Assembly (NCBI GenBank): GCA_965116905.1
Contig: OZ220732.1
Span: forward strand, 2,624,001 to 2,688,000
Direction of reading: 5' to 3'
DNA from: Longimicrobiales bacterium
GTDB taxonomy: Bacteria > Gemmatimonadota > Gemmatimonadetes > Longimicrobiales > Gaopeijiaceae
Length of the DNA: 64,000 nt
In this document: positions 11,478 to 20,810 of the stretch, one piece after another
How positions within the stretch are numbered: position 1 is the first letter of the stretch
Layout: every line of letters starts with the position of its first letter
Notes under the pieces: model-generated
Told to the model about the DNA's origin: nothing
What the model saw: only the letters and a program-made list of their open reading frames with translations
Databases searched by the model: none
Made by a program: the position numbers and the translations under genes

Positions 11478-12503
11478 ATGGACGAATCTCTGACGTACAA
11501 GGACACCGGGGTCGACCTGGAGGCGGCCGATCGTGCCAAGCGTTCGCTGGGCCCGCTTATCGACGCCTCGGGCGACGAGAACACCCTGTCCGGACTGGGC
11601 GCGTTCGGCGGTCTGTACGCCGTGCCGGCAGGGCTGTCGCAGCCGGTTCTCGTTTCCAGCGCGGACGGCGTGGGCACCAAGCTCAAGGTGGCGTTCGCCG
11701 CACGCCGGCACGATACGGTCGGGCAGGACCTGGTCAACCACTGCGTGAACGACATCCTGGTGCAGGGTGCCCGGCCGCTCTTCTTCCTTGACTACCTGGC
11801 CACGGGTGACCTTGGCGGGGACGTGGTTCCGGCCGTCGTCGGGGGAGTGGCGCGGGCGTGCGGGGACAACGCGTGCACGCTGCTGGGTGGCGAGACCGCT
11901 CAGATGCCGGACTTCTACGCGCCGGGCGAATACGACCTTGCCGGGTTCATCGTGGGCGTCGTGGAGCGGGACAGGATCCTGGATGGCTCCGCCGTGCGCG
12001 CCGGCGACCGGATCATTGCGGTCGCCTCGTCCGGCTTGCACACGAACGGGTACACGCTGGCGCGCAACATCGTCTTCCAGCGCATGGCGCTCGGTGTCGA
12101 CGACGCTTTCCCCGGGGAACCGGGATCGGTTGCCGACGTGCTCCTGACCGTGCACCGTTCGTATCTGGGGACGATGTGGCCGTTGCTGGAAGCGGGCATG
12201 ATTCGCGCGCTGGCGCATGTGACGGGCGGAGGGATCCAGGGCAACCTCCCAAGGGTATTGCCGGAGGGAATGGGTGCCCGCATCGACTGTGGATCGTGGA
12301 CGGTGCCGAACGTCTTCCAGCAGCTGGAGCAGGCGGGCGGTGTATCCCGGACCGAGATGTATCGCGTATTCAACATGGGTGTCGGAATGCTTGCCGTTGT
12401 GGCGCCCGAGCGGGAGGCCGAGGTGCTGGAGATGCTCGGACACGACGCGTGGACGGCCGGGAAAGTCCTGGTGGGCGACGGGGTCGAACTGGCGGGAGTG
12501 TGA
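11478..12503 (+). CDS. purM: Phosphoribosylformylglycinamidine cyclo-ligase
   Basis: DGVGTKL, PLFFLDY, GGETAQMP, SSGLHTNGY, HVTGGG, FNMGVG. Confidence 0.96.
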   Translation: MDESLTYKDTGVDLEAADRAKRSLGPLIDASGDENTLSGLGAFGGLYAVPAGLSQPVLVSSADGVGTKLKVAFAARRHDTVGQDLVNHCVNDILVQGARPLFFLDYLATGDLGGDVVPAVVGGVARACGDNACTLLGGETAQMPDFYAPGEYDLAGFIVGVVERDRILDGSAVRAGDRIIAVASSGLHTNGYTLARNIVFQRMALGVDDAFPGEPGSVADVLLTVHRSYLGTMWPLLEAGMIRALAHVTGGGIQGNLPRVLPEGMGARIDCGSWTVPNVFQQLEQAGGVSRTEMYRVFNMGVGMLAVVAPEREAEVLEMLGHDAWTAGKVLVGDGVELAGV

Positions 12504-13585
12504 TGACGAGCCGACCGCCCGACGTTGCTCGCCTGACGAGTTCCGGCCCGGCGTCGCGCCGCTTTCGATGCTCGGGCGGCCTTATCCGCGGACTGCGATC
12601 CCTGTATCTCGCGGCCCTGATCGCGTGCGGGCCCGGGACGGCGCCCCTGCTCGCGCAGAACCTGCCGGGCCTGCCGGCATCGGTCGAGGGAGTCGCGGCG
12701 CTGGCGGACAGCTGCGCGGAAGCCGGGCCCGGCCTGGTGTCGAGCTGCCGGGAACTCGCGCTGACCACCCTGGCGATACAGCAGGGCGTGGGTCTCGCCA
12801 CCGCCCTGGGCAGCGACAACCCCGGGACCGCCAGCACACTGGGGAAACGGCTGGGCGCGGCTCCCCGGGTCAGCGTGGCGTTCTCGGCCATCGGCCTCCC
12901 GATGGAAATGCCCAGGGTGGCCGTACAGTCGGTCCGGGAGCTGTCCGAAGAGGAGAGCTTTGCGGTCGTGGGACTGCGCGGGACCATGGTCGCGGGCGTT
13001 CTCGACGGGTTTCAGCCCGCACCCGCGCTGGGAGGCGTCCTCTCGGCGGACCTGATCGCTTCCTATTCGCTGCTCAGGCTTCCTGGCGGTTCCGGATTCT
13101 CCGGGGCGTCCTCCGGCATCGGCCTGGGCACCCGGATCGGGCTGCTGCGCGAGTCGTTCACATTGCCGGGCCTCTCGGTGTCCGCCGTCCGCCGTTGGCA
13201 CAATGACGTGCAGGCGGGCGACGTTGCCGGGGGGAATCCGGGCGAGGTGCGCATGGACCTCACGGTGTCGTCCCTGCGTGCCACATTGGGCAAGAACTGG
13301 TTCGTGCTGGGGCTGATGGCCGGCGTGGGATGGGACCGCTACGACGCGGATGCGGACGTCACGGTGCTGCAGCCGGGCGGAGCCACGGCGTCCGCGGCCG
13401 GGCAGGTCAGGAGTGAACGCTCGCTGTATTTCGCGGGCGGATGGTTCAACTTCCTCATTTCCCAGATTTCGCTGGAGGTTGGCGTTGCGGAGGGCGTCAG
13501 CGACCCGTTTGCCGGTCGGGGCGGGGGATACGACCCGGCCGAGCGGGACTGGTTCGTGTCCGGCGCCGTGCGGGTTACGCTTTGA
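12503..13585 (+). CDS. Hypothetical exported/outer-membrane beta-barrel-like protein
   Basis: Signal-like N-terminus, amphipathic beta-strands, C-terminal GAVRVTL; fills the purM-ribD gap. Confidence 0.6.
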   Translation: MTSRPPDVARLTSSGPASRRFRCSGGLIRGLRSLYLAALIACGPGTAPLLAQNLPGLPASVEGVAALADSCAEAGPGLVSSCRELALTTLAIQQGVGLATALGSDNPGTASTLGKRLGAAPRVSVAFSAIGLPMEMPRVAVQSVRELSEEESFAVVGLRGTMVAGVLDGFQPAPALGGVLSADLIASYSLLRLPGGSGFSGASSGIGLGTRIGLLRESFTLPGLSVSAVRRWHNDVQAGDVAGGNPGEVRMDLTVSSLRATLGKNWFVLGLMAGVGWDRYDADADVTVLQPGGATASAAGQVRSERSLYFAGGWFNFLISQISLEVGVAEGVSDPFAGRGGGYDPAERDWFVSGAVRVTL

Positions 13586-14730
13586 TCGCGCGCCCACGCA
13601 CAGGATCCGAAAACCATCGCCTGAGTGAGGCGGACCGGCGCTTTCTCTCACGCGCGATCGAGTGCGGCCGTGGCGGCTGGGGCCGCGTGCACCCGAATCC
13701 GATGGTGGGCGCGGTCGTCGTGCGTGGTGACGAAGTCCTCGCCGAGGGCTTCCACGCCCGGTACGGCGGTCCCCATGCCGAGGTCTCCGCCCTCGCTGCC
13801 CTTGAAGATGCGCGCGGCGCAACGCTGTACTGCAGCCTTGAGCCGTGCAACCACCGCGGGAAGACGCCGCCCTGCACGGGGGCAATCCTCGAGGCCGGAA
13901 TCGCTCGGGTCGTGTTCTGGGCGGCCGAACCCGGGACGGAGCAGAGGGGGGGCGCGGAGCGGTTGCGCAGCCAGGGCGTGGCGGTGGATGGGCCATTCGG
14001 AGAGCCGTGCGAGTGGGCCGCCGAGAATCCCGCGTTCTTCCGCAACGCGGCGGGCAAGCGACCCTACCTCGCGCTGAAGCTCGCCGTCAGCGTGGACGGG
14101 CGCATTGCCCCGGCCGAAGGGCAGCGCGTCTGGCTGACCGGCGCAGCGTCAAGGCGTGAAGTGCACCGCCTGCGCGCGGGATTCGATGCCATACTGGTCG
14201 GTACGCGTACCTGGGAGGCGGATGACCCGATGCTTACCGCTCGGGGCGCCGTGGTGCCGCGCGTGCCTCCGGCCGCCGTGCTGCTGGATCGCTGCGGCCG
14301 GGCGTCGCCGGGTTTACGCGCGCTGCAGGGCGGGCCCGGGCCGTGCGCCGTCGTCGCCACCGCGCCGGACAGGGCCGCGGATCTGGGTCGTCGCCTGGCC
14401 GGGTGCGCGGATGTGGTTGCCGTACCCGTGGGCGAGACGGGGCTCGATCTGGCCATTCTCATGGACACTCTGGCTGAACGGGGAGTGACCAGCGTGCTGT
14501 GCGAGGGCGGAGGAGTGCTTGCGGCTTCCCTGCTCCGTGAAGGCCTGGTCGACAGGCTGTACCTTTTCGTCGCGCCGGTCGTCATCGGTGACCGGGGTGT
14601 GCCCGCGTTCCCCACGGGCCAAACCGGCGAAGGCGCTCGGGGGGCGTTGCGGTTCGAGGGGTGGAAGTCCGTCATCGACCCTTCGAGATTCGGAAACGAC
14701 ACCCTCATCGTTCTCGACCGAGGAGACTGA
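13582..14730 (+). CDS. ribD: Riboflavin biosynthesis deaminase/reductase
   Basis: PNPMVGAV, HAEV, LEPCNHRGKTPPC, DAILVG, LCEGGG; TTG start inferred from TTGA overlap. Confidence 0.93.
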   Translation: MIARPRTGSENHRLSEADRRFLSRAIECGRGGWGRVHPNPMVGAVVVRGDEVLAEGFHARYGGPHAEVSALAALEDARGATLYCSLEPCNHRGKTPPCTGAILEAGIARVVFWAAEPGTEQRGGAERLRSQGVAVDGPFGEPCEWAAENPAFFRNAAGKRPYLALKLAVSVDGRIAPAEGQRVWLTGAASRREVHRLRAGFDAILVGTRTWEADDPMLTARGAVVPRVPPAAVLLDRCGRASPGLRALQGGPGPCAVVATAPDRAADLGRRLAGCADVVAVPVGETGLDLAILMDTLAERGVTSVLCEGGGVLAASLLREGLVDRLYLFVAPVVIGDRGVPAFPTGQTGEGARGALRFEGWKSVIDPSRFGNDTLIVLDRGD

Positions 14731-14733
14731 CCC

Positions 14734-15363
14734 GTGTTCACCGGAATCATCGAAGCGGTCGGCGAGGTCGTGGAGACGGGCCCGCGACCGAACGGCTGCG
14801 CCCTCGTGATCGCGGCGCCGTTCGCCGACCGCCTGACCGCGGGGCAATCGGTGGCGGTCGACGGTGCGTGCCTGACGGCGCGCGCCTGTGGGGGCGGCAC
14901 CTTCGAGGTGGATGTCGGCGCCTCGACCCTGGAGCGAACCGTTGCCGGCCAATACGGCGTCGGGTCGCTCGTGAACCTGGAACGCGCGGTCCGGGTCGGC
15001 GACCGACTCGACGGACACCTCGTGCAGGGCCATGTGGACGGACGCGCCGTACTGCTCGAGCAGGTGCGTGCGGGCGATACACGCTTTCTGGCCTTTTCCC
15101 TGCCCGAGGACGTGTTCGCCACGACCATCCCGCATGGCTCGATCGCGCTGAACGGCGTCAGCCTGACCGTCAACGGCCTCCGCGATGGGTCCGTCTGCGA
15201 GGTGGCCATCATCCCGCATTCGTGGAGCCACACGAACTTTCCCGCCCTCAGACCCGGTGACGCGGTCAACGTCGAGGCCGATCTCATCGGCCGATACGTC
15301 CGCCGGGTCGTGGAATCCCGGTCCGGCGCGTTTCCGGGGGACGTCGGTATCCATGCCGTTTGA
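14734..15363 (+). CDS. ribE: Riboflavin synthase (alpha chain)
   Basis: MFTGII N-terminus, GACLT, VNLERA, GHLVQGHVDG. Confidence 0.95.
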   Translation: MFTGIIEAVGEVVETGPRPNGCALVIAAPFADRLTAGQSVAVDGACLTARACGGGTFEVDVGASTLERTVAGQYGVGSLVNLERAVRVGDRLDGHLVQGHVDGRAVLLEQVRAGDTRFLAFSLPEDVFATTIPHGSIALNGVSLTVNGLRDGSVCEVAIIPHSWSHTNFPALRPGDAVNVEADLIGRYVRRVVESRSGAFPGDVGIHAV

Positions 15364-16540
15364 CACCGTCGTCGAAGCCCTGGAGCAGATTGCCGGGGGG
15401 GGACTCGTGATCGTCGCCGACGACGAGGACCGCGAAAACGAGGGCGACCTGGTGTGTGCCGCCGAGATGATCACGCCCGACCTGGTCAATTTCATGACCA
15501 AGTTCGGACGCGGGCTGATTTGCGTGTCGCTGACCGCCGAGCGCGCGGACGCCCTGGAGCTGCCGCTCATGACGAATCGCAACACCGACCCCCAGGAGAC
15601 CGCGTTCACCGTGTCGGTGGACGCTCACCGGCGTTTTGGCGTGACCACGGGCATCTCGGCGCACGACCGGGCGAAGACCGTTGAGGTGCTGGTGGACCCG
15701 AAGTCGACTCCCGAGGACCTCCGTCGGCCGGGACACATCTTCCCATTGCGGGCGCGCCGGGGGGGCGTGCTGCGTCGGGTTGGACAGACGGAGGCTGCCG
15801 TCGATCTCGCTCGCCTGGCGGGCCTTTCTCCAGCCGGGGTGATTTGCGAGATCCTGAACGAGGACGGGACCATGGCCCGCCGGGATCAACTCGAGGTCAT
15901 GGCCCGGGAGCACGACCTGAAGCTGATCACCGTCGAACAGGTCGTCGCATACCGGCTTGCCCGCGAACGCCTGGTAAGGCGCGTCGTGGAGGCACCGCTG
16001 AGGACTCCATGGGGTGAATTCCTCTGCATCGGCTACCGGAGCGACATCGACGATCGGGTGCATCTGGCCCTGGTGCGGGGAGAAGTGGCCGACATGAAGG
16101 AAGTCCTGGTGCGGATGCACGCGGAGAATCCGCTGGCCGATACCTTCGCTTCGGTTGACGAGCCCGGGGGCAATCTTCTGGCCGGCGCCATGAAGCGGAT
16201 TCAGGAGGAGGAACACGGTGTGGTCGTGTACCTTCACAGGGCACGCGGCGGTGATCGCCTGATCGACCGGCTCCTGCGCAGCTCCGACCAGCCGCCGATC
16301 CCCGAGCCATCCCGGGGATCCGGACAGGTGCTCAGGGACTACGGCATTGGGGCGCAGATCCTCCTCGACCTCGGATTGACGACGATTCGCTTGCTCACCA
16401 ACAGCCGGAAACACATCGTGGGACTGGACGGATACGCATTGCAGGTCACAGGCCGCGAGGAGTTTTCAGGGGTGACGATGGACGGCGGAGCATGGAGCGT
16501 CAGGGTCCCGGCGGGCCGGGGTCTGGAGTCCCGGCGATGA
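15353..16540 (+). CDS. ribB: DHBP synthase fused to a degenerate GTP cyclohydrolase II domain (RibBX-like)
   Basis: [39 protein letters not shown]-domain has [10 protein letters not shown] and LLTN but no Zn cysteines. Confidence 0.9.
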   Translation: MPFDTVVEALEQIAGGGLVIVADDEDRENEGDLVCAAEMITPDLVNFMTKFGRGLICVSLTAERADALELPLMTNRNTDPQETAFTVSVDAHRRFGVTTGISAHDRAKTVEVLVDPKSTPEDLRRPGHIFPLRARRGGVLRRVGQTEAAVDLARLAGLSPAGVICEILNEDGTMARRDQLEVMAREHDLKLITVEQVVAYRLARERLVRRVVEAPLRTPWGEFLCIGYRSDIDDRVHLALVRGEVADMKEVLVRMHAENPLADTFASVDEPGGNLLAGAMKRIQEEEHGVVVYLHRARGGDRLIDRLLRSSDQPPIPEPSRGSGQVLRDYGIGAQILLDLGLTTIRLLTNSRKHIVGLDGYALQVTGREEFSGVTMDGGAWSVRVPAGRGLESRR

Positions 16541-17037
16541 GTGATGGGCGGGATGCCACGATCGGTCTGCTCGTGGCGCGGTTCAACAACCTGGTGACCG
16601 AGCAGCTGCTGGAGGGAGCCCGGACGCGCCTGCTCGCCGAGGGGATTCCGGCGGAGCTGATCCGTGTCCTGCACGTGCCCGGAGCGTGGGACCTCCCACA
16701 GGGCGCGCGACGGATGGCGGATTCCGGCGAGTACGATGCGATCATCGCGATCGGGTGCGTGATCCGTGGAGAGACGGCCCATTTCGACTATGTGGCCGGG
16801 CACGCGAGCGACGGACTGGGGACGGTGGCCCTGTCGGCCGGGATACCGGTCGTATTCGGCGTCCTGACCACCGACAACGGGCAACAGGCGATGGCCCGGG
16901 CGGATGCCGGCGGTGCCAACAAGGGGGGCGAATTCGCAGAGGCTGCGCTCATGCTGCTCGATCTGTACGACGCCCATCCGACGGACGGCGCCACTTTCGG
17001 TGCCCGAGCCCCTTCGGCCACGGATTGCCAGGCTTGA
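16537..17037 (+). CDS. ribH: 6,7-dimethyl-8-ribityllumazine synthase
   Basis: ARFN, VPGAWDLP, GCVIRGETAHFDYV, FGVLTTD, NKG. Confidence 0.95.
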   Translation: MSDGRDATIGLLVARFNNLVTEQLLEGARTRLLAEGIPAELIRVLHVPGAWDLPQGARRMADSGEYDAIIAIGCVIRGETAHFDYVAGHASDGLGTVALSAGIPVVFGVLTTDNGQQAMARADAGGANKGGEFAEAALMLLDLYDAHPTDGATFGARAPSATDCQA

Positions 17038-17501
17038 ACCGCATCCTCGACCCCCGGGCGCGTCGCGACCGCACGCGTTCGCGGGCGTGGTTCCTGCAGG
17101 TGCACTATCGCTGGGAGTCCGAGGGAGGCGTGTTCACCCCCGGTGAGGCGCTCGCCGCCACCGTGCGGGCCCGCAGGATCGCGCCCTCCCGGATCCGGTA
17201 CCTGGAACGCCTGGTGACCGCGTTCGAGGACAATCGCGAGGAGATCGAGGCGACCATCTCGCAGTGTCTGGACAACTGGCGCCTGGAGCGGCTTTCGGTC
17301 ATGGACAGGGGCATCCTGCGTCTGGGCGCCACCGAGATCCTGTGTCTGCCGGACCTGCCCGGTAAGGTGTCCATACAGGAGTCCGTGAGGCTGGCGGAGC
17401 GCTACGGGGGGTCGGAATCTCCCCGTTTCGTCAACGGCGTCCTGGATGCCGTGTTTCGGGCGGCAGGATCCGACGACTCCCCCCCGCGCGAGCGGCCGTG
17501 A
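17034..17501 (+). CDS. nusB: Transcription antitermination factor NusB
   Basis: WRLERLSVMDRGILRLG, ESVRLAERYG, FVNGVLD; follows ribH. Confidence 0.9.
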   Translation: MNRILDPRARRDRTRSRAWFLQVHYRWESEGGVFTPGEALAATVRARRIAPSRIRYLERLVTAFEDNREEIEATISQCLDNWRLERLSVMDRGILRLGATEILCLPDLPGKVSIQESVRLAERYGGSESPRFVNGVLDAVFRAAGSDDSPPRERP

Positions 17502-18625
17502 GTTCCCTGCGGATTCTGGTCGTGAACTGGCAGGACCGGCACAACCCGAACGCCGGGGGCGCCGAGGAACACCTCCATCAGGTCTTCGGCCGGCTGGCCG
17601 CCAGGGGTCATCGGATCACGCTGCTCTGCTCCGGGTGGCGGGGCGCCCGGCCCGAGCTGGAGGTCGATGGGATCCGCGTGCTGCGAGCGGGCGGGCGCTA
17701 CACCTTCAATGTCGCGGGACCCCTCTGCCACGCCCGCCATCTGGCCGACGAGGACTTCGATGTCGTCGTAGAGGACCTCAACAAGGTCCCCATGCTGGCC
17801 ACCCGCTGGGTCGACGCGCGGGCGCGGATGCTCCTGGTTCATCACCTCTTCGGTGCCACGGCCTTTCGCGAGGCCAACCCCGCTCTGGCGAGCGCCACGT
17901 GGCTGTTCGAGCGCGTCATACCTGCGGTCTACCGCGGCATCGATTGCGTCGCCGTCTCGGAGAGCACGCGAGAAGATCTCGTGGGTCGCGGAATCGATCC
18001 GGATCACATCACCGTCATCCGCAATGGCGTGGATCTCGACGGGCTGGGTCCCGCGCGGGAGCGCTTCCCGGACCCCACGGTGGTCTTCCTGGGCCGCTTG
18101 AAGCGATACAAGCGGGTCGACCTGGTGCTGCAGGCCGTCGCGCGGCTGCGTGATCGGGGCATGGACGTCAGAATGGTCGTTGCGGGGAAGGGCGACGCGC
18201 GCGACGCGCTCGAGCGCATGGCCCGCAGCCTTGGCATCCGGGATCACGTGCGATTCGCGGGCTTTGTGCCGGAGGAGGAGAAGCGCGAACTGCTGTCCAG
18301 GTCCTGGGTGCACGCGCTGACGTCGCCGAAGGAAGGCTGGGGCATCGCAAGCATCGAGGCCTCCGCATGCGGGACTCCCACGGTGGCCTCCAACTCTCCG
18401 GGCTTGCGCGAAACGGTGCGCGACGGCGACACGGGCGTCCTCGTGCCCCATGGTGACGTGGACGCATTGGCGGCGGCGCTTGCCCGAGTCATGGAGCCGT
18501 CGACGAGGGACCGCATGGGAGTCGCGGCGCGGCGAATGGCCGGACAATACACGTGGGACGGGGTCGCAACCGCCTTCGAGGACCTGCTGGGCCGTCTGGC
18601 CGCAACCGCCCGGACACGCCGCTGA
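17498..18625 (+). CDS. Glycosyltransferase family 4
   Basis: AGGAE, FLGRLKRYK, EGWGIASIEASACGTP. Confidence 0.9.
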   Translation: MSSLRILVVNWQDRHNPNAGGAEEHLHQVFGRLAARGHRITLLCSGWRGARPELEVDGIRVLRAGGRYTFNVAGPLCHARHLADEDFDVVVEDLNKVPMLATRWVDARARMLLVHHLFGATAFREANPALASATWLFERVIPAVYRGIDCVAVSESTREDLVGRGIDPDHITVIRNGVDLDGLGPARERFPDPTVVFLGRLKRYKRVDLVLQAVARLRDRGMDVRMVVAGKGDARDALERMARSLGIRDHVRFAGFVPEEEKRELLSRSWVHALTSPKEGWGIASIEASACGTPTVASNSPGLRETVRDGDTGVLVPHGDVDALAAALARVMEPSTRDRMGVAARRMAGQYTWDGVATAFEDLLGRLAATARTRR

Positions 18626-18743
18626 GCGTGCGGGTTTCCACACTGCTTTTTGCTAACTTGGACCTATGGAAGGCGTCGCCCTCCGGCCCGGCCCCGGCGT
18701 GGCGGCGGCTGAACCGCTCCCTCAACCTCTGGAGATCAGTCTC

Positions 18744-19061
18744 ATGGCGACACGCATCACCGCACACGGATGTGAGGTCAATCTGCGCTGGCGGAACCGC
18801 GCCTCGAAGCTCGCGGACGGTTGGCCCAGGTTCGACCCCGCCGTGATGGACGTCAGCTTCGTTTTCCGGCATGAAGGTCGTTCGCACAACGTCGAGGCCA
18901 TCGTGTCGCGGCGTCGCCTGCAGCCGGTCGTGGCCCGCGGTGAGGGGCCCGACTTTCGTGTGGCCCTGGATCAATTGGATGAGCATGTCAAGCGGATTCT
19001 CAAGCGTGACCGGTCGAGACGGAAGGACTATCGCCAGATGCCGTCAGGCGTGCAGAACTGA
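18744..19061 (+). CDS. hpf: Ribosome hibernation factor HPF/RaiA-like (short form)
   Basis: About 105 aa; ITAHG.EV...ALDQLDEHVKRILKR pattern; position upstream of hprK. Confidence 0.65.
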   Translation: MATRITAHGCEVNLRWRNRASKLADGWPRFDPAVMDVSFVFRHEGRSHNVEAIVSRRRLQPVVARGEGPDFRVALDQLDEHVKRILKRDRSRRKDYRQMPSGVQN

Positions 19062-19117
19062 GACCATGCAGTGAAGCCGGATGCATCGCTGACCGGCCGG
19101 AAGCGGGTGGCCCGCCC

Positions 19118-20077
19118 GTGACGTCGTCGATTACCGTCCGCGACCTCCTGACGGCCAGGGAGGTGGTGCTGGAACTTGAACTGCTCACCTCCGAGGTGTC
19201 GCTCGACGGCCGCATCGGCAACCCCGACGTCTCCAGTCCGGGCCTGGCGCTGGCGGGGTACACGGCGCGCTTTCCCGATGGCCGTGCGCTGGTCTTCGGC
19301 GACACCGAGATGAGCTTTCTGGGCACGCTGGACCCACAGGAAGCGGAAACGCGTCTCGCGGAGGTGTTTGCGCGCGAGGTGCCCGCCGTTTTCGTCACCC
19401 GCGGCCTGGCCGTGCCCGGGCACTTCCTGTCCGCCGCGACCCGCGCCTCGGTGCCAGTCTTTCGCACGGGCCTGGCCACCAGGGAATTCTACCGGGTCTT
19501 GAAGCCGTACCTCGAGGATGTGCTGGCCCCCACCACGACCGTGCACGGCTCGCTGGCCGATGTGTACGGGATCGGCTTGCTCTTCACCGGCCCCAGCGGC
19601 ATCGGCAAGTCGGAGTGCGTGCTGGGGCTGGTGGCCCGGGGACACCGCCTGGTCGCCGACGACCTCGTTTTCGTTTCCAGGCGCGGGAACGATGTCCTGA
19701 TGGGCAAGGGACATGAACGCCAGGGTTTCCACATGGAAATCCGCGGGGTCGGCATCATCGACATCGCCTCGATGTTCGGTACGCGGGCCACGCGCCAGAG
19801 GAAGCGCGTCGAGATCATCGTCGATCTGCAGGACTGGGACGATTCGCGCGAGTACGATCGCACAGGGCTCGAGCGAGAGGTGACGACCATCCTCGGAGTC
19901 GAGATTCCGCGCGTGACCATCCCGCTCAATCCGGGCAAGAACCTGGCCGCCATCGCCGAGGTGATTGCGATGAACCAGCTCCTCGCGTACTCGGGCGTGG
20001 ATGTGCCGACACGATTCGACGACGGACTTCGCCAGGCGCTGAACCGCCGTGATTCGCTGATCGAGGATTATGAGTGA
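19118..20077 (+). CDS. hprK: HPr kinase/phosphorylase
   Basis: PGLALAGY, HGSLADVYGIG, GPSGIGKSE, HRLVADD, MEIRGVGII. Confidence 0.96.
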   Translation: MTSSITVRDLLTAREVVLELELLTSEVSLDGRIGNPDVSSPGLALAGYTARFPDGRALVFGDTEMSFLGTLDPQEAETRLAEVFAREVPAVFVTRGLAVPGHFLSAATRASVPVFRTGLATREFYRVLKPYLEDVLAPTTTVHGSLADVYGIGLLFTGPSGIGKSECVLGLVARGHRLVADDLVFVSRRGNDVLMGKGHERQGFHMEIRGVGIIDIASMFGTRATRQRKRVEIIVDLQDWDDSREYDRTGLEREVTTILGVEIPRVTIPLNPGKNLAAIAEVIAMNQLLAYSGVDVPTRFDDGLRQALNRRDSLIEDYE

Positions 20078-20540
20078 TCGTGGGAGCGCCGCGAGTGATC
20101 GTGGAGGCGCCGCGAGTGGGAGCGCCGCGAGTGATCGTGGGAGCGCCGGGCCCGCGCGCGGCGTAGTGCTGGCCCACGGAGGACTCGCGGAAGGCCTGGT
20201 CGCCGCGGTTCGCCAGATCGCCGGTGTGACCGACGATGCGCTGGTGGGCGTGTCGCACGGCAGCGAGGGAAGGGAAGAGCTGTGCGACCGCGCGGTACGC
20301 GAACTGCGGGGACCACGCAACCTTCTGTTCACCGATCTGCCGAGCGGCGGGTGCCATCTGGCGGCGCTCATCGTGACCCGGGAGCGGCCGGACATTCCCG
20401 TGATCACCGGGGTCAACCTGCCCATGCTCCTGGATTTCGTGTTCAACCGCAGGCTCGATTTCGACGAGCTTGTCCCGCGCCTCGCGGAAAAGGGACGGAT
20501 CGCGATCGGGGGCAACCGGCCGCGGCCGCCGCTGCCCTGA
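20070..20540 (+). CDS. PTS EIIA, mannose/fructose type
   Basis: GVVLAHGGLAEGL, FTDLPSGG, ITGVNLPMLL. Confidence 0.85.
   Translation: MSDRGSAASDRGGAASGSAASDRGSAGPARGVVLAHGGLAEGLVAAVRQIAGVTDDALVGVSHGSEGREELCDRAVRELRGPRNLLFTDLPSGGCHLAALIVTRERPDIPVITGVNLPMLLDFVFNRRLDFDELVPRLAEKGRIAIGGNRPRPPLP
20072..20149 (+). repeat. 21-bp tandem repeat x4 (one copy shortened) spanning the hprK stop and EIIA start
   Basis: gagtgatcgtgggagcgccgc / gagtgatcgtggaggcgccgc / gagtgggagcgccgc / gagtgatcgtgggagcgccgg. Confidence 0.9.
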
Positions 20541-20543
20541 GCC

Positions 20544-20810
20544 ATGGTCCGCTCTCTTGAGGTCCAGGTGCCGAACCGGCTGGGCATGCACGCAAGGCCG
20601 TCCGCCGAGTTCGTAAAGCTCGCGGGGGGCTTTTCGTCGTCGATTCTCGTGACCAGGAACGACATGCGCGTCAACGGCAAGAGCATCATGGGTGTGCTGA
20701 TGCTCGCGGCCGAAAAGGGCAGTTCGCTCACGATCACGGCGGACGGGGACGATGCCGAAGAAGCGGTCGAGGCGTTGGCGAATCTCGTGCGCGGCGGGTT
20801 CGATGAGTGA
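20544..20810 (+). CDS. ptsH: Phosphocarrier protein HPr
   Basis: GMHARP (His15) and GKSIMGVLML (Ser46). Confidence 0.95.
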   Translation: MVRSLEVQVPNRLGMHARPSAEFVKLAGGFSSSILVTRNDMRVNGKSIMGVLMLAAEKGSSLTITADGDDAEEAVEALANLVRGGFDE

